Source of the DNA: Candidatus Omnitrophota bacterium
GTDB taxonomy: Bacteria > Omnitrophota > Gorgyraeia > Tantalellales > Tantalellaceae
NCBI GenBank assembly: GCA_014728075.1
Contig: WJMG01000027.1
Location: forward strand, 696 to 64,695
DNA length: 64,000 bases
Direction of reading: 5' to 3'
A model generated the notes under the pieces. That model was given only the letters and a program-made list of their open reading frames with translations. It searched no databases and had not been told where the DNA came from. Shown one piece after another: positions 39,578-49,093 of this stretch. How positions within the stretch are numbered: the first letter of the stretch is position 1; every line of letters begins with the position of its first letter. Made by a program: the position numbers and the translations under genes.

Positions 39578-41038
39578 TTAGAAGCTGAGAGCAACGGTAC
39601 CTACGATATCTGTAGCGACATCATCGGTCCCATTGTTGTTCTCAAGAGCGTCACCCGGGAAGAACCATGCGGACAGAAGTCCGAAGGTAACATCCTCGGT
39701 GTAGTCCCATGTAAGAGAAAGATCGACCTCGTCACCGACATTCTTATCGGTGTTCTGGTTCGAATAATCCTCAGCGAGCCAGAAGTGACCATAGAGAGCC
39801 TCGAAAGTAAGGCTGTCGGTCGGCTCAAGGGTCAGCCTGCCGAGCACCTGGTGCTGGTTGGTGTGCGAAGGCGTGCTGGCGGTGGCTGTCCTGTAGAACA
39901 CATTCTGGAATTCCCTTATAGCGGTGTCGAACTTACCCCTGTACATGGAATCCCATCCGTTGTAATCGCCCGTGGTAACGGCGTTCCTGTTTCCGACATC
40001 TTCCTGACCGGAATAGAAGATGTACTCGGCGCTGACAACAGGCCTCCAGGCGAAATCGTCCTGCCAGTAGCGGCATTCCACCATGGCGTCGATCGCCCAG
40101 GCGCTTCTGTCGCGTTCGCTCTGCTGCCCGGCTATACCGAGGAAATCACCGGTCTGGTAAGCACCTTCAAGAGCTATGGTCCAGTCTTCGATCGGGTCGA
40201 AGCTGCCCCTGAGGCCGAAGGTGTGCACATCGTCGTTGTAAACATCGTTAACAGTGGAAGTGTTCATCACGGTGTTGGCAACGGTGGACGGGTTCCTGTC
40301 CTGCTTGAAGAACCAGTAAGCTTCGGCTTCTCCGTTGTAGTTGTCGAACACATAGCCTACATTCAGGCCCCACAGGTTGATGTCGTCGTCGGCCCTTCTC
40401 GCGTTCTCGCTTATCTTGGCGAAAACACCGTCGATGGTCCACGGATCGTAGTCGAGAGTCGCCCTTATGGCGTCAAAGGACTTGACCGCGGTGTACTCCA
40501 TCGGCCAGAAACCGCCGGAAGGATCCTGCATGTTGGCTCCGATGATGAAGCCTTTACCGAACCACAGGTCCTGGCGACCTATCCTGAGTGTGAGCGGAGA
40601 GTAAAGGAACTCTTTCAGCTCAACATAAGCGAGGTCCACGAGAACGCTGTAAGCGTCGGTCTGGCCCGGGGTAGCGCCCCTGGCGACAACGACATCGTTG
40701 ATGTCGTCGATCATGCCGAGCTCGCCCGCTGCCTGGCCGGTCTGGAGCCCGTCGCCCCACACCCTCTGGTTCACGAGACGGACAACACCGGATACATTAT
40801 CGGTGAGATCGGCGTCTATCTGAACCTCGGCGGTGCTGGTGAGGTAGCTCGCCCAGTTGTTGGTCTGGAGACCGGTGTTCGAGTTATCGGCGTCACTGGC
40901 GTCCAGATCGTAGTTGTTCCTGAGAAAACTGCGAAGAGTGATGTCTCCGCTTACCTTAACGCTCTGGGTTTCCGCGTAAGCTATGGCGGAAACGGCAAAT
41001 ACGAGCGCTATAACGCAAAGTACTTTCATTAATTTCAT
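39578..41038 (-). CDS. Outer-membrane beta-barrel protein (porin-like)
   Basis: It has a signal peptide, a C-terminal ...VALSF ending in Phe, and an alternating amphipathic pattern. Confidence 0.6.
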   Translation of the reverse strand: MKLMKVLCVIALVFAVSAIAYAETQSVKVSGDITLRSFLRNNYDLDASDADNSNTGLQTNNWASYLTSTAEVQIDADLTDNVSGVVRLVNQRVWGDGLQTGQAAGELGMIDDINDVVVARGATPGQTDAYSVLVDLAYVELKEFLYSPLTLRIGRQDLWFGKGFIIGANMQDPSGGFWPMEYTAVKSFDAIRATLDYDPWTIDGVFAKISENARRADDDINLWGLNVGYVFDNYNGEAEAYWFFKQDRNPSTVANTVMNTSTVNDVYNDDVHTFGLRGSFDPIEDWTIALEGAYQTGDFLGIAGQQSERDRSAWAIDAMVECRYWQDDFAWRPVVSAEYIFYSGQEDVGNRNAVTTGDYNGWDSMYRGKFDTAIREFQNVFYRTATASTPSHTNQHQVLGRLTLEPTDSLTFEALYGHFWLAEDYSNQNTDKNVGDEVDLSLTWDYTEDVTFGLLSAWFFPGDALENNNGTDDVATDIVGTVALSF

Positions 41039-41408
41039 TGCTTTACCTCCTTAAAAGGTATTAAGCGCCGGCCTTTCCGGCCGGCAATATCTCAAAAGAA
41101 CGGGATACTACCCGTCCTAGTTTTCGCTATATAAGTATCGCCCATTGTAGATTTGACAATCTCTGGCAGATAATAAGTTAACTTTTATTTCATCCCCCCT
41201 TTCTTTGCCGGATTCGAGATCGCCGCAGGCGGTACATGCTGGTTTTTTAAAAGAACTTTAAAGGTATATGTACTTATACAGAAAATCATGTATTTCTACA
41301 TTTGTGAAAGTATAGCACGATACAACGCCCAGTCAAGATTAAAACAACAAATTCTTTTTTGTTAAAATAAAACAAAGTTAGATGTTTTCGCGCCTGTCAC
41401 ACGCCGTT

Positions 41409-42059
41409 CTACTTCCGGACACGAAAAACAATGGTTTCGGAGTTACGAAGGATGGCTTCTTTTATATCGGAGTTTTGTGTGAGGCTTCCCAGTGTTCTAT
41501 CGATAAGCTCGTGGCTCATCAGGTCGGCGGGTGAATGAGAATCGGTATTGAGCACCATCGGCGCTCCCGCCTCACTTGCGATATCAAAGACATGAGCGTT
41601 CCCGCGGCAATGCCCTTCGCGGGTGGTTATTTCCAGATATACCGTTTCTTCAGCGGCCAGAGCCGCCTCTTTCCGCGTTATATCCCCGGGATGGGCCAGT
41701 ATGTCAACGCCTGCCCTTATGGCTGCTTCATTAGTCCCGGGGACCACCGGTTCTACAGGAGACTCTCCGTGGCCTATGACTATCCCCGCCCCCCTGGCGC
41801 GGGCGTGCTTGACCATCTCGGGGTACACCTCGACGGGGACATGAGTGATCTCAACACCGGGAATGACGAATATATCCCAGTATCGGTTAAGGACCTCGGA
41901 AACCCGGGCCAGGGCTTCGATCGTAGCATCGATATTAGAATGGTCTACATGGTCGGTAAGAGCTATGGCCTTATATCCGGCGACTACAGCCCTCCTTACC
42001 AGTTCGGCGGGAAGAAGGCAACCGTCGCTCAATAAGGTATGTGTATGAAGGTCTATCAT
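41409..42059 (-). CDS. PHP-domain metal-dependent phosphoesterase
   Basis: Begins MIDLHTHTLLSDG. Confidence 0.75.
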   Translation of the reverse strand: MIDLHTHTLLSDGCLLPAELVRRAVVAGYKAIALTDHVDHSNIDATIEALARVSEVLNRYWDIFVIPGVEITHVPVEVYPEMVKHARARGAGIVIGHGESPVEPVVPGTNEAAIRAGVDILAHPGDITRKEAALAAEETVYLEITTREGHCRGNAHVFDIASEAGAPMVLNTDSHSPADLMSHELIDRTLGSLTQNSDIKEAILRNSETIVFRVRK

Positions 42060-42293
42060 TGTACTCTCCCTTTGTATTCACCTGGAATAAAGCGGTATCA
42101 GGCTAGAGGCTATGATAAAACAGGCTTTAGACCGGTGCCTGTTGCCTCCGGCCTGAACTGAATTTTACCATGGAGATGCCCGGCGGGCAAGGCCCGCCAC
42201 CAGGTAAAGGCGCGAGAGGGATGACGCGACAACATCTTTTATCTCTGCCTGCACCTTCCGTTCTGTCGCCAGCGTACGGGAACACACCGGAGG

Positions 42294-42920
42294 CTATGCG
42301 CCGTTCGCCGCACCCTTTTTATTTCGGACCTCTTCAAGCCACCTGTTAAGCTCCACCGAGAACCTGGCGAGGTTAAGTTTTTCCGATAAAGAATAATTTC
42401 GTAATTTTTCCAGGAAAAGACGGTCCCTTTCTATAGCGGAATCGTTCACTATCTCTTCAAGGGGTTCGACGGCATTGAGCATATCATCCTTGCCTTCCCA
42501 CCCCGTATTCACCGGAAAACCCTCTTGGGCCAGAGGAGGATCCCATGTCCCGTCTATGAACAACCACTTACCGCCGATCTTCGCTTTAAGAGCAAGGTGG
42601 TAAGAAACAGGTATTTTCCCGGCATATCGCCTGACATCTTCCGGATAAGCCACATCAAGGTCTTTCCACAGGAACGGATAAGTGCAGTATCTGACCGGAA
42701 AGTCCATCCGTTCGAAGAACATACCCATAAGATAATGCTTGGGAACGCAAAATCCCCTGTTCAAAACAAGCATCTCCCGGGGGCCTTTTTCCAGTCTGAA
42801 CAGTTCCGGGATAACAGCGAAGGGTATGTCGCGCACCTTTTCGAATATGTTCACAGCGGCCTTAACGCTTGTCAGCCCTCTCTTCCATTCGTAAAATTTC
42901 TCGATCACAATATCGCTCAT
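42294..42920 (-). CDS. Hypothetical protein, transglutaminase-like cysteine-protease fold?
   Basis: 208 aa with a weak C...H...D pattern. Confidence 0.35.
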   Translation of the reverse strand: MSDIVIEKFYEWKRGLTSVKAAVNIFEKVRDIPFAVIPELFRLEKGPREMLVLNRGFCVPKHYLMGMFFERMDFPVRYCTYPFLWKDLDVAYPEDVRRYAGKIPVSYHLALKAKIGGKWLFIDGTWDPPLAQEGFPVNTGWEGKDDMLNAVEPLEEIVNDSAIERDRLFLEKLRNYSLSEKLNLARFSVELNRWLEEVRNKKGAANGA

Positions 42921-42926
42921 GTTGAC

Positions 42927-44057
42927 TTATAGTTTACCTGACAACTTCAGAATATGCCATTTTAACGCTATTTTGAACGGGACTTCGCCCTCCACCATGA
43001 GGGCTTTGAGGTCTTTTTCGCCCGGAGCCTTTATAAGCGTCTCGACCCTGCCTATCCTGTAAGCAAGTTTTATAAGGTCCCTGGATATGATACCCGCCCG
43101 CATATGCTTCCCGAAAGCCCTTTTCCAGGAAAACTCGTATTTCTTCATGGCATGACCGTCGAACCTTCCTTCCTCCAGGGCCCGGAGCGCGGTCAGGGCC
43201 GCCAGCTGGCCGGCCTTAAGAGCGTAATAAATACCTTCTCCCGTTCCCGCGTATACCTGGCCTGCCGCGCTTCCGCACACCATTATCCCGGGCGCGTAAG
43301 TTCTCGCTATCGGCCCGCCGACCGGCACCGTCCCGGCATAGAAGCTTATTTCGCGGGCTCCGGCCGCGTATCTGTCGGATAGAGCGCGGAACCTTTCGGA
43401 GATGTCGGTTTTTTTCGCGAAAGAACCGTACCCTACATTAGCGAGTGTGGCGCTTTTAGGGAATATCCAGAAATAGCCTTCGTTCCTATCGTCGAAAACA
43501 TACTTGAACCTCGACTCGTCGAGGCCGTCAAATTCGTATATCCCCCCCACGCAAGGCGCGAGCAAAGGGGTATTTTTCACGAGCCCCAATTGTTTCTGTA
43601 ACCGAAAATCACACCCGTTGGCTATGATCGCTATCCTTGAGCGTTCGGTCCCTTTGTTCGTAGTGAGCCGGCAATGGCCCCCGGCGACCTCTATCCCTGC
43701 GCATTCGTTCTGCATCTCAACCTCTCCCGATACTTCTCTACAGAGCCATTTCTCGAACCCGGGCCGGTCAAGCTCTATAAAATCCGTACTCAGGTCCCTT
43801 TGAGTATCGCCGAAAATCACCCTGTGGCCGGATACCCGTTTACTAACGAAAGGAAAGTCAGCGGGCCCGAAAAGTTCAGTGAAACCGGATGCCCGGATGG
43901 CTTCACCGCAACGCAGGGGAAACCCGATCTCTTTTTTTCTGTCCAGAACGAGAAAACGGGCACCGCTTTTCTTTAATGTCCGGGCAGCCATCAACCCGGC
44001 AGGCCCGGCGCCTATGATAATGACATCGTACATAGCAGATTTAGTTTTAGGACCCAT
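42927..44057 (-). CDS. Geranylgeranyl reductase-family FAD-dependent oxidoreductase
   Basis: It has a Rossmann fold (GAGPAG). Confidence 0.7.
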   Translation of the reverse strand: MGPKTKSAMYDVIIIGAGPAGLMAARTLKKSGARFLVLDRKKEIGFPLRCGEAIRASGFTELFGPADFPFVSKRVSGHRVIFGDTQRDLSTDFIELDRPGFEKWLCREVSGEVEMQNECAGIEVAGGHCRLTTNKGTERSRIAIIANGCDFRLQKQLGLVKNTPLLAPCVGGIYEFDGLDESRFKYVFDDRNEGYFWIFPKSATLANVGYGSFAKKTDISERFRALSDRYAAGAREISFYAGTVPVGGPIARTYAPGIMVCGSAAGQVYAGTGEGIYYALKAGQLAALTALRALEEGRFDGHAMKKYEFSWKRAFGKHMRAGIISRDLIKLAYRIGRVETLIKAPGEKDLKALMVEGEVPFKIALKWHILKLSGKL

Positions 44058-44131
44058 GATCCGATGTTCGCGTCAGCGTATCAGCCTGAAATACGGACCG
44101 CGTCCAAAGAGCTTTACGCCGCGCTTCCACT

Positions 44132-44416
44132 TTATCCCACAAGTTCCATCACCATTCTTTCGACGAGCGTGCTCCAGAAATGCATACCGCCGGTAAAGGA
44201 AAAAACCAATATAACGGCGACCAGGATAACTATTATCAGGACCAGCCCTACGCCCCTGATCGCTTTCTTCTCCTCAACGGCCTCTTGCCTGTCATTTCCC
44301 TCTCCGGCACAGGTTCTCTCGCATTCCTCCCTGCGTTCAAGCGGACTCCCGCAAAAAAGGCATACACCCCGGCTGTCATCGAATTCCCTCGCGCATTTAG
44401 CGCATTTTTTCGCCAT
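44132..44416 (-). CDS. Zinc-ribbon + C-terminal TM small protein
   Basis: Start MAKKCAKC (ATG 44416) has a GGAGG RBS. It has CxxC...CxxC and a hydrophobic helix. Confidence 0.45.
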   Translation of the reverse strand: MAKKCAKCAREFDDSRGVCLFCGSPLERREECERTCAGEGNDRQEAVEEKKAIRGVGLVLIIVILVAVILVFSFTGGMHFWSTLVERMVMELVG

Positions 44417-44424
44417 ACCCCTCC

Positions 44425-45291
44425 TCAGATAAGCCCGTTTATGATACCGGCCATTATCAGGTCGTTCTCCGTAACCCCTCTCGAAGCGTGGGTAGTGAGC
44501 TTTATATCCACAAGCCCCCATCCGAGGGTCAGTGTAGGATGATGTCCTTCCTCTTCAGCTATCGCCGACAGGACATCCACGAAAAATTTGGCTTCGGAAA
44601 AATCATCGAAGGTGATCCGCTTCTCTATACTTTTGCCTTCAACGAGCTCCCATCCCGCATATTCCGGAAGCCTTTTCCTGACTTCCTCCTCTTCCAGAGC
44701 CGGTTCCCCGACCTCGCATGGCCTGCATTTGCCCGTATGCCCCTCCCTGTTTCGGGGGGAAGGGGACGAGAGCACCTCTTTTATTTTTTCAACGGCCGCT
44801 TCGTAATCCGGCGGGTCCGTTATCTCTTCCACCACCTGTATATACCGGATATTATTTTTATCGTCCAGTACGATCACAGAACGGGCCAACAGCCCCAGCT
44901 CTTTGATGAAGAGGCCGTAGTTAAAGCCGAAAGAAGATGTCCTGTGATCCGAAAGCACCCGGACACGCTCTATGCCGTTCATATCACAGAACCTTTTCTG
45001 GGCAAAGGGCAGGTCCATGCTCACTCCGGTAACCGTTACATCCGAAGAAAGCCCTGTTGCCCTTTTATTGAATTCTTTTACCTGAAGGTCACAAACGGGA
45101 GTATCGATCGACGGAAAAGAAGTGACCACTCTCACCTTCCCCCGGAGGTCTTTCAGTCCTTTCTCTTCCAGCCCGTCGTCAACGACCTTAAAATCCGGGG
45201 CGATATCACCTTCACTTAATTTTCGCCCCGCAAGGGTAAGCTGTTCTCCTTTAAAAGCGACTTTCCTTTCCATGGTTCCTCCTTTTATCAA
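44425..45291 (-). CDS. Thiol peroxidase (Tpx-type peroxiredoxin) fused to pterin-4a-carbinolamine dehydratase (PCD/DCoH) domain
   Basis: The N-terminus has SIDTPVC. The C-terminal ~95 aa has the EEGHHPTL...W...TH PCD signature. Confidence 0.7.
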   Translation of the reverse strand: MIKGGTMERKVAFKGEQLTLAGRKLSEGDIAPDFKVVDDGLEEKGLKDLRGKVRVVTSFPSIDTPVCDLQVKEFNKRATGLSSDVTVTGVSMDLPFAQKRFCDMNGIERVRVLSDHRTSSFGFNYGLFIKELGLLARSVIVLDDKNNIRYIQVVEEITDPPDYEAAVEKIKEVLSSPSPRNREGHTGKCRPCEVGEPALEEEEVRKRLPEYAGWELVEGKSIEKRITFDDFSEAKFFVDVLSAIAEEEGHHPTLTLGWGLVDIKLTTHASRGVTENDLIMAGIINGLI

Positions 45292-45442
45292 GAGCGCGGT
45301 TGATCGTTCGAAGTTCGCCGGGAATATAAGCGGACCGTGTCTTCCGGAAGCGGTCCCGTGTTATTCGGGCAGAACGGTAATTACGGGGTGGCCGGGTCCA
45401 CGGTTCCCCGTGAACACTGAACGCCGGACCGCAAAACATGAA

Positions 45443-46696
45443 CTACGGACTTTTTTCTTCATTCCAGATAAAGACCTTATCGTTCCTCCTCACCCTGAAA
45501 GGCACCTTGACCCCTACCGCGGTCCCCTGGGCAACCTCCCTCACCGGAGAGTGTTCTATCTCCATATCCTCCAGCGTAAAAAATCCCGCCGGCGTGGACC
45601 GTCCCGTTATCAGGATCTTCTGTCCCGCGTATAAGGGGGCCGCCTTCACGAGAATTTCGGCGACACTTATCTTTTTGTAGTATTTGACGACCTCCCCTAC
45701 ATATATCTTTTCGTACTTCTTACTGATCTCCCCCCCAAGGTCTTCCGGACGCCCTAAGTAGAACCCACTGGAAAATCCCCGGTTGAAAGCGCCCCTTAGT
45801 TTCTCGAAGATACCGTGCTTCAGCTTATCGTCAAGGCCGCCTCTGAAATAAGCGTCTATAGCTTCTTTATAAGCGGAAGTGACCACGGCGCAGTATTCCG
45901 GGGACCTCATCCTTCCCTCGATCTTAAAAGCGTCTACCCCCGCATCTATGAGCCTGTCGATGAACATTACCGTACAGAGGTCCCTCGGGCTCAATATATA
46001 GTCCTCTCCGAGCACATACTCACATTCGGGCCGTCCTTCTTCCGGGATATCCGTTATCCTGTATTTTCGCCTGCAGGGTTGCAGGCAATCTCCCCTGTTA
46101 GCTGACCTGTTAAAGGAAAGCTGAGAAAGAAAACACCTGCCGGAAATACTCACGCACATAGCCCCGTGGACAAAGACCTCTATCTCGCAATCTATGCCGG
46201 CTTTTCGTATTTTGCTCTTTATCGCGGCTATCTCAGAGAGACCGCACTCGCGGGCAAGAACGATCCTTTTAACTCCGGCCGAGGAATAGTATCTGACCGC
46301 TTCGAAATTGGAAACACTGGCCTGTGTCGAAAGGTGGACCTCCATGCCCAGTTCAAGGGCCATGGACATCGCGGCCATGTCCCATGCTATGACCCCGTTA
46401 ACTCCGGCCGAGGAAGCCGCTTCAAGCAGTCTTTTTATCTTACCGGTCTCACGGTCATATATAGTAATGTTCAGGGCAAGATAGCCTTTTTTCTTTCTGG
46501 CCCGGAGAAATTCCATCACTTTCCCCATCTCAAGCGCGTCGAAATTGGACGCAGAATGACGCATGTTCATACCCTTTACACCGAAATAAACGGCATCACA
46601 CCCCGCCTCGACCGAACTGGTCAGCGATGGCCAGTCCCCTGCGGGAGAAAGGAGCTCGGGCTTCTTTTTATAAACTGTATCTTTCTTTTTCCTCAT
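45443..46696 (-). CDS. Peptidase U32 family protein
   Basis: 417 aa with a U32 Cys-rich core (GAMC...SGRC). Confidence 0.75.
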   Translation of the reverse strand: MRKKKDTVYKKKPELLSPAGDWPSLTSSVEAGCDAVYFGVKGMNMRHSASNFDALEMGKVMEFLRARKKKGYLALNITIYDRETGKIKRLLEAASSAGVNGVIAWDMAAMSMALELGMEVHLSTQASVSNFEAVRYYSSAGVKRIVLARECGLSEIAAIKSKIRKAGIDCEIEVFVHGAMCVSISGRCFLSQLSFNRSANRGDCLQPCRRKYRITDIPEEGRPECEYVLGEDYILSPRDLCTVMFIDRLIDAGVDAFKIEGRMRSPEYCAVVTSAYKEAIDAYFRGGLDDKLKHGIFEKLRGAFNRGFSSGFYLGRPEDLGGEISKKYEKIYVGEVVKYYKKISVAEILVKAAPLYAGQKILITGRSTPAGFFTLEDMEIEHSPVREVAQGTAVGVKVPFRVRRNDKVFIWNEEKSP

Positions 46697-48308
46697 CTTC
46701 GCTGGTCCAGTGGAAAAGCACCTTTTTTTCCTTAACCGCTTTGTAAGCGATTATATAGGCGGCAGCGCTGATCCCCATGTTAGGCGTACCGTCAGGCCTT
46801 CCTTCGACGCTCGAAATGTCTATTTCGCGGAAATACCTCAGGCCCTGTCTGTCTTCGGCCAGCACGAGAGCGCAAAGGACCTCCTCGGCATCCGGCCCTA
46901 CAGCAGTTATCCTCAATTTGTCACCCTCCTTTAAGGAAAATTCCCTTACGGCCATCGGGTCGGTCATGAGCGATCTTTTCCATCCTTTCTGTATCTGGAC
47001 ATTGGACATCCGGCCGGAAACAAAATCCGCCGCCATTCTCGAAAAATAAATATCGAGTCCCGAGGGATGGTTCACCACGATATCCACAACGGATTTTTTA
47101 GCGGTCTGGTACTCATAAAAATGATAGCCTTTCCTGCGGTTGGCGTTAGCGGCCCGGATACCCTCGAGAAAATTCTCGGCCTCTTCGTCCTTACCCATTT
47201 TCACAAGCGCGGCAACATAGACTCCCGTGTACCAGGGCCAGCTGCCGCCGTTATGATAATGCCCGATATGTTCCTTGAACCTGTACTGATGGAGTTTTTT
47301 CGAACGGAAAGTATTCTCCTGGAAAAAAGGGTAATGGGCGGGCACCAGAGGGGCTATCTTCCCGGTGATCCGTCCGATAAAATCCACTATCTTCTGCGCC
47401 TGCCTGCGGGAAGCCACCCCGGTCAATAAAGAGAGACTGTTACCGAAAGCGTCGAAAATACCGTGTGACTCCCGGAAGCATTCTTCGGGGTCCTTGGACC
47501 TCACATAGAAAAAATGCATGAGATATCCGGCGGCCTCAAGGTCGATCTTTCTGCGCATGATCTCGTACACCCTGTCCTTCTTGGTATCGGAGTTCTTTAT
47601 CCAGAACTTGTTCCTTACGAGATTCTTGACCTTCCCGGCCTTATCGTAATAGAACTGGCTTTTTTTGTCTCCCACCACCTCAAGCATGTACGCGTATTTC
47701 CTCAGTGCCATGTACCAGAGGACCTCGTCGTAAAGCACGAATCCCTCCTGAAGGTATTCATCAGCCCAGTTGCCGGCGCGCGGGATATAAAGGAGTCCGC
47801 ACTTGGGGTCTTCCCAGACCTCTTCCAGATAACAAACGGCCTTCTCGATAGCGGGATAGAACCCCTCAAAAGCTTTCTGGTCCTTACTGAAAAGAAAATA
47901 CTGCACACATCCTATGATGAAAAGCGTATTAGGGTCTACCCGCGGATTAATGATCCCGTAACTGACCTTGCCGTCGTATGACACATTACTCGGCACGGCC
48001 CCGTCTTTTCTCTGGTTTCGTATAAGGGTCTCAAGACTGGTCCTGAACCCTTTTATAAGATCGTCCTCACCGGAAAGAAGCGCCGCCAGTCCCGCCCAGA
48101 CGGCATCCCTCGTGAACAGTCTTTTGTAGTTGTCTATGTCAACGGAGGAAGCGACAAAACCGAGCGGTGGTTTATCGGCGGGGGCGGAAAGTATCTTCCT
48201 GAGCAGGGAAACGGACTCTTCGTACCCAAGCCTGAATTTCACTTCCCGGCTGTTAAATGTTTCGGTGATCTGCATTAATGGTCTTCTCTCTCCGGAAAAA
48301 GCCCACAT
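46668..48308 (-). CDS. Six-hairpin glycoside hydrolase, GH100 (alkaline/neutral invertase)-like with ~100-aa C-terminal extension
   Basis: It has FTRDAVWAGLAAL and GHYHNGGSWPW (GH100-like). Its 3' end overlaps the U32 gene by 29 nt. Confidence 0.55.
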   Translation of the reverse strand: MWAFSGERRPLMQITETFNSREVKFRLGYEESVSLLRKILSAPADKPPLGFVASSVDIDNYKRLFTRDAVWAGLAALLSGEDDLIKGFRTSLETLIRNQRKDGAVPSNVSYDGKVSYGIINPRVDPNTLFIIGCVQYFLFSKDQKAFEGFYPAIEKAVCYLEEVWEDPKCGLLYIPRAGNWADEYLQEGFVLYDEVLWYMALRKYAYMLEVVGDKKSQFYYDKAGKVKNLVRNKFWIKNSDTKKDRVYEIMRRKIDLEAAGYLMHFFYVRSKDPEECFRESHGIFDAFGNSLSLLTGVASRRQAQKIVDFIGRITGKIAPLVPAHYPFFQENTFRSKKLHQYRFKEHIGHYHNGGSWPWYTGVYVAALVKMGKDEEAENFLEGIRAANANRRKGYHFYEYQTAKKSVVDIVVNHPSGLDIYFSRMAADFVSGRMSNVQIQKGWKRSLMTDPMAVREFSLKEGDKLRITAVGPDAEEVLCALVLAEDRQGLRYFREIDISSVEGRPDGTPNMGISAAAYIIAYKAVKEKKVLFHWTSEDEEKERYSL

Positions 48309-48514
48309 CCGGCGGGCCCCGCCGCTAAAAACAAAAGCGGTCCCGCGGTCTGAATACCTTTATCCGTTCTCAACAAGACAACGGCGCTGCTCACGGCCTT
48401 CCGCATCAAAATCCACGCGCACCCAGGGCAAGTCCCTTCTTCTCTCCTGCCCGGGGCGTTTTTACATTGCCGTAATTATAGTTATATATCAAAAACGGAA
48501 AAAGTCAAAATTTA

Positions 48515-48556
48515 CAGAAAAAGAGCGGCCGTGAGAACACCAACCGCTCTTCTTCA
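48515..48556 (-). terminator. Hairpin terminator inside long non-coding region
   Basis: AGAGCGG, a 14-nt loop and CCGCTCT, with a T-run on the minus strand. Confidence 0.4.
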
Positions 48557-48599
48557 ATTCTAGCAAAAGCCTGTTAATTAAATATCACTCCTGTACGGA

Positions 48600-48782
48600 T
48601 CATTTAACTTCTGCTTTTTCCGACTTTTCGCATTTAAAATTTTTTCTTTCGCCGAACTCTTCGGCCTTGCCTTTGTTCCAGCCCTGCACCGGCCTGAAAA
48701 ATCCGGTTACTCTGGAAAAGACCTCAACACTGCATGAACCTTCCATCTCGACTCCTTCCGCTTCTTGGACCGATAATTCCAT
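48600..48782 (-). CDS. Doubtful 60-aa ORF (or sRNA) in 785-bp intergenic region
   Basis: The ORF has no clear RBS, and a terminator hairpin lies downstream. Confidence 0.15.
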   Translation of the reverse strand: MELSVQEAEGVEMEGSCSVEVFSRVTGFFRPVQGWNKGKAEEFGERKNFKCEKSEKAEVK

Positions 48783-49093
48783 CCCGACTTAACGATACCA
48801 TAAAAGTATCATTAAGTCAAGGCCAAAACGGCATTTTTTGCGGATAAAACACAACATATAGAATAAAACACGAACAAGTATACCTTATGCAGGGCCTGAA
48901 GTCAATGCCTCTCACACAAGACGCTTTATGTAAATATTTGTAATACAACAATTTAAGCACAAAATACGGGCATTGTTTCAATGATACCCATATTTAACAT
49001 ACAAATCGTTTATTTATAAAGACTTACCTACAGCGTCTGCTATACTGTGTAACTAAAGAAAAATTGCCGGACATCTAAGAACGAAGAGTTGAA

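Noticed and set aside
39785-41032. 415-aa plus-strand ORF
   Set aside because: It is antisense to the outer-membrane beta-barrel gene, which has a signal peptide, a C-terminal Phe and an RBS.
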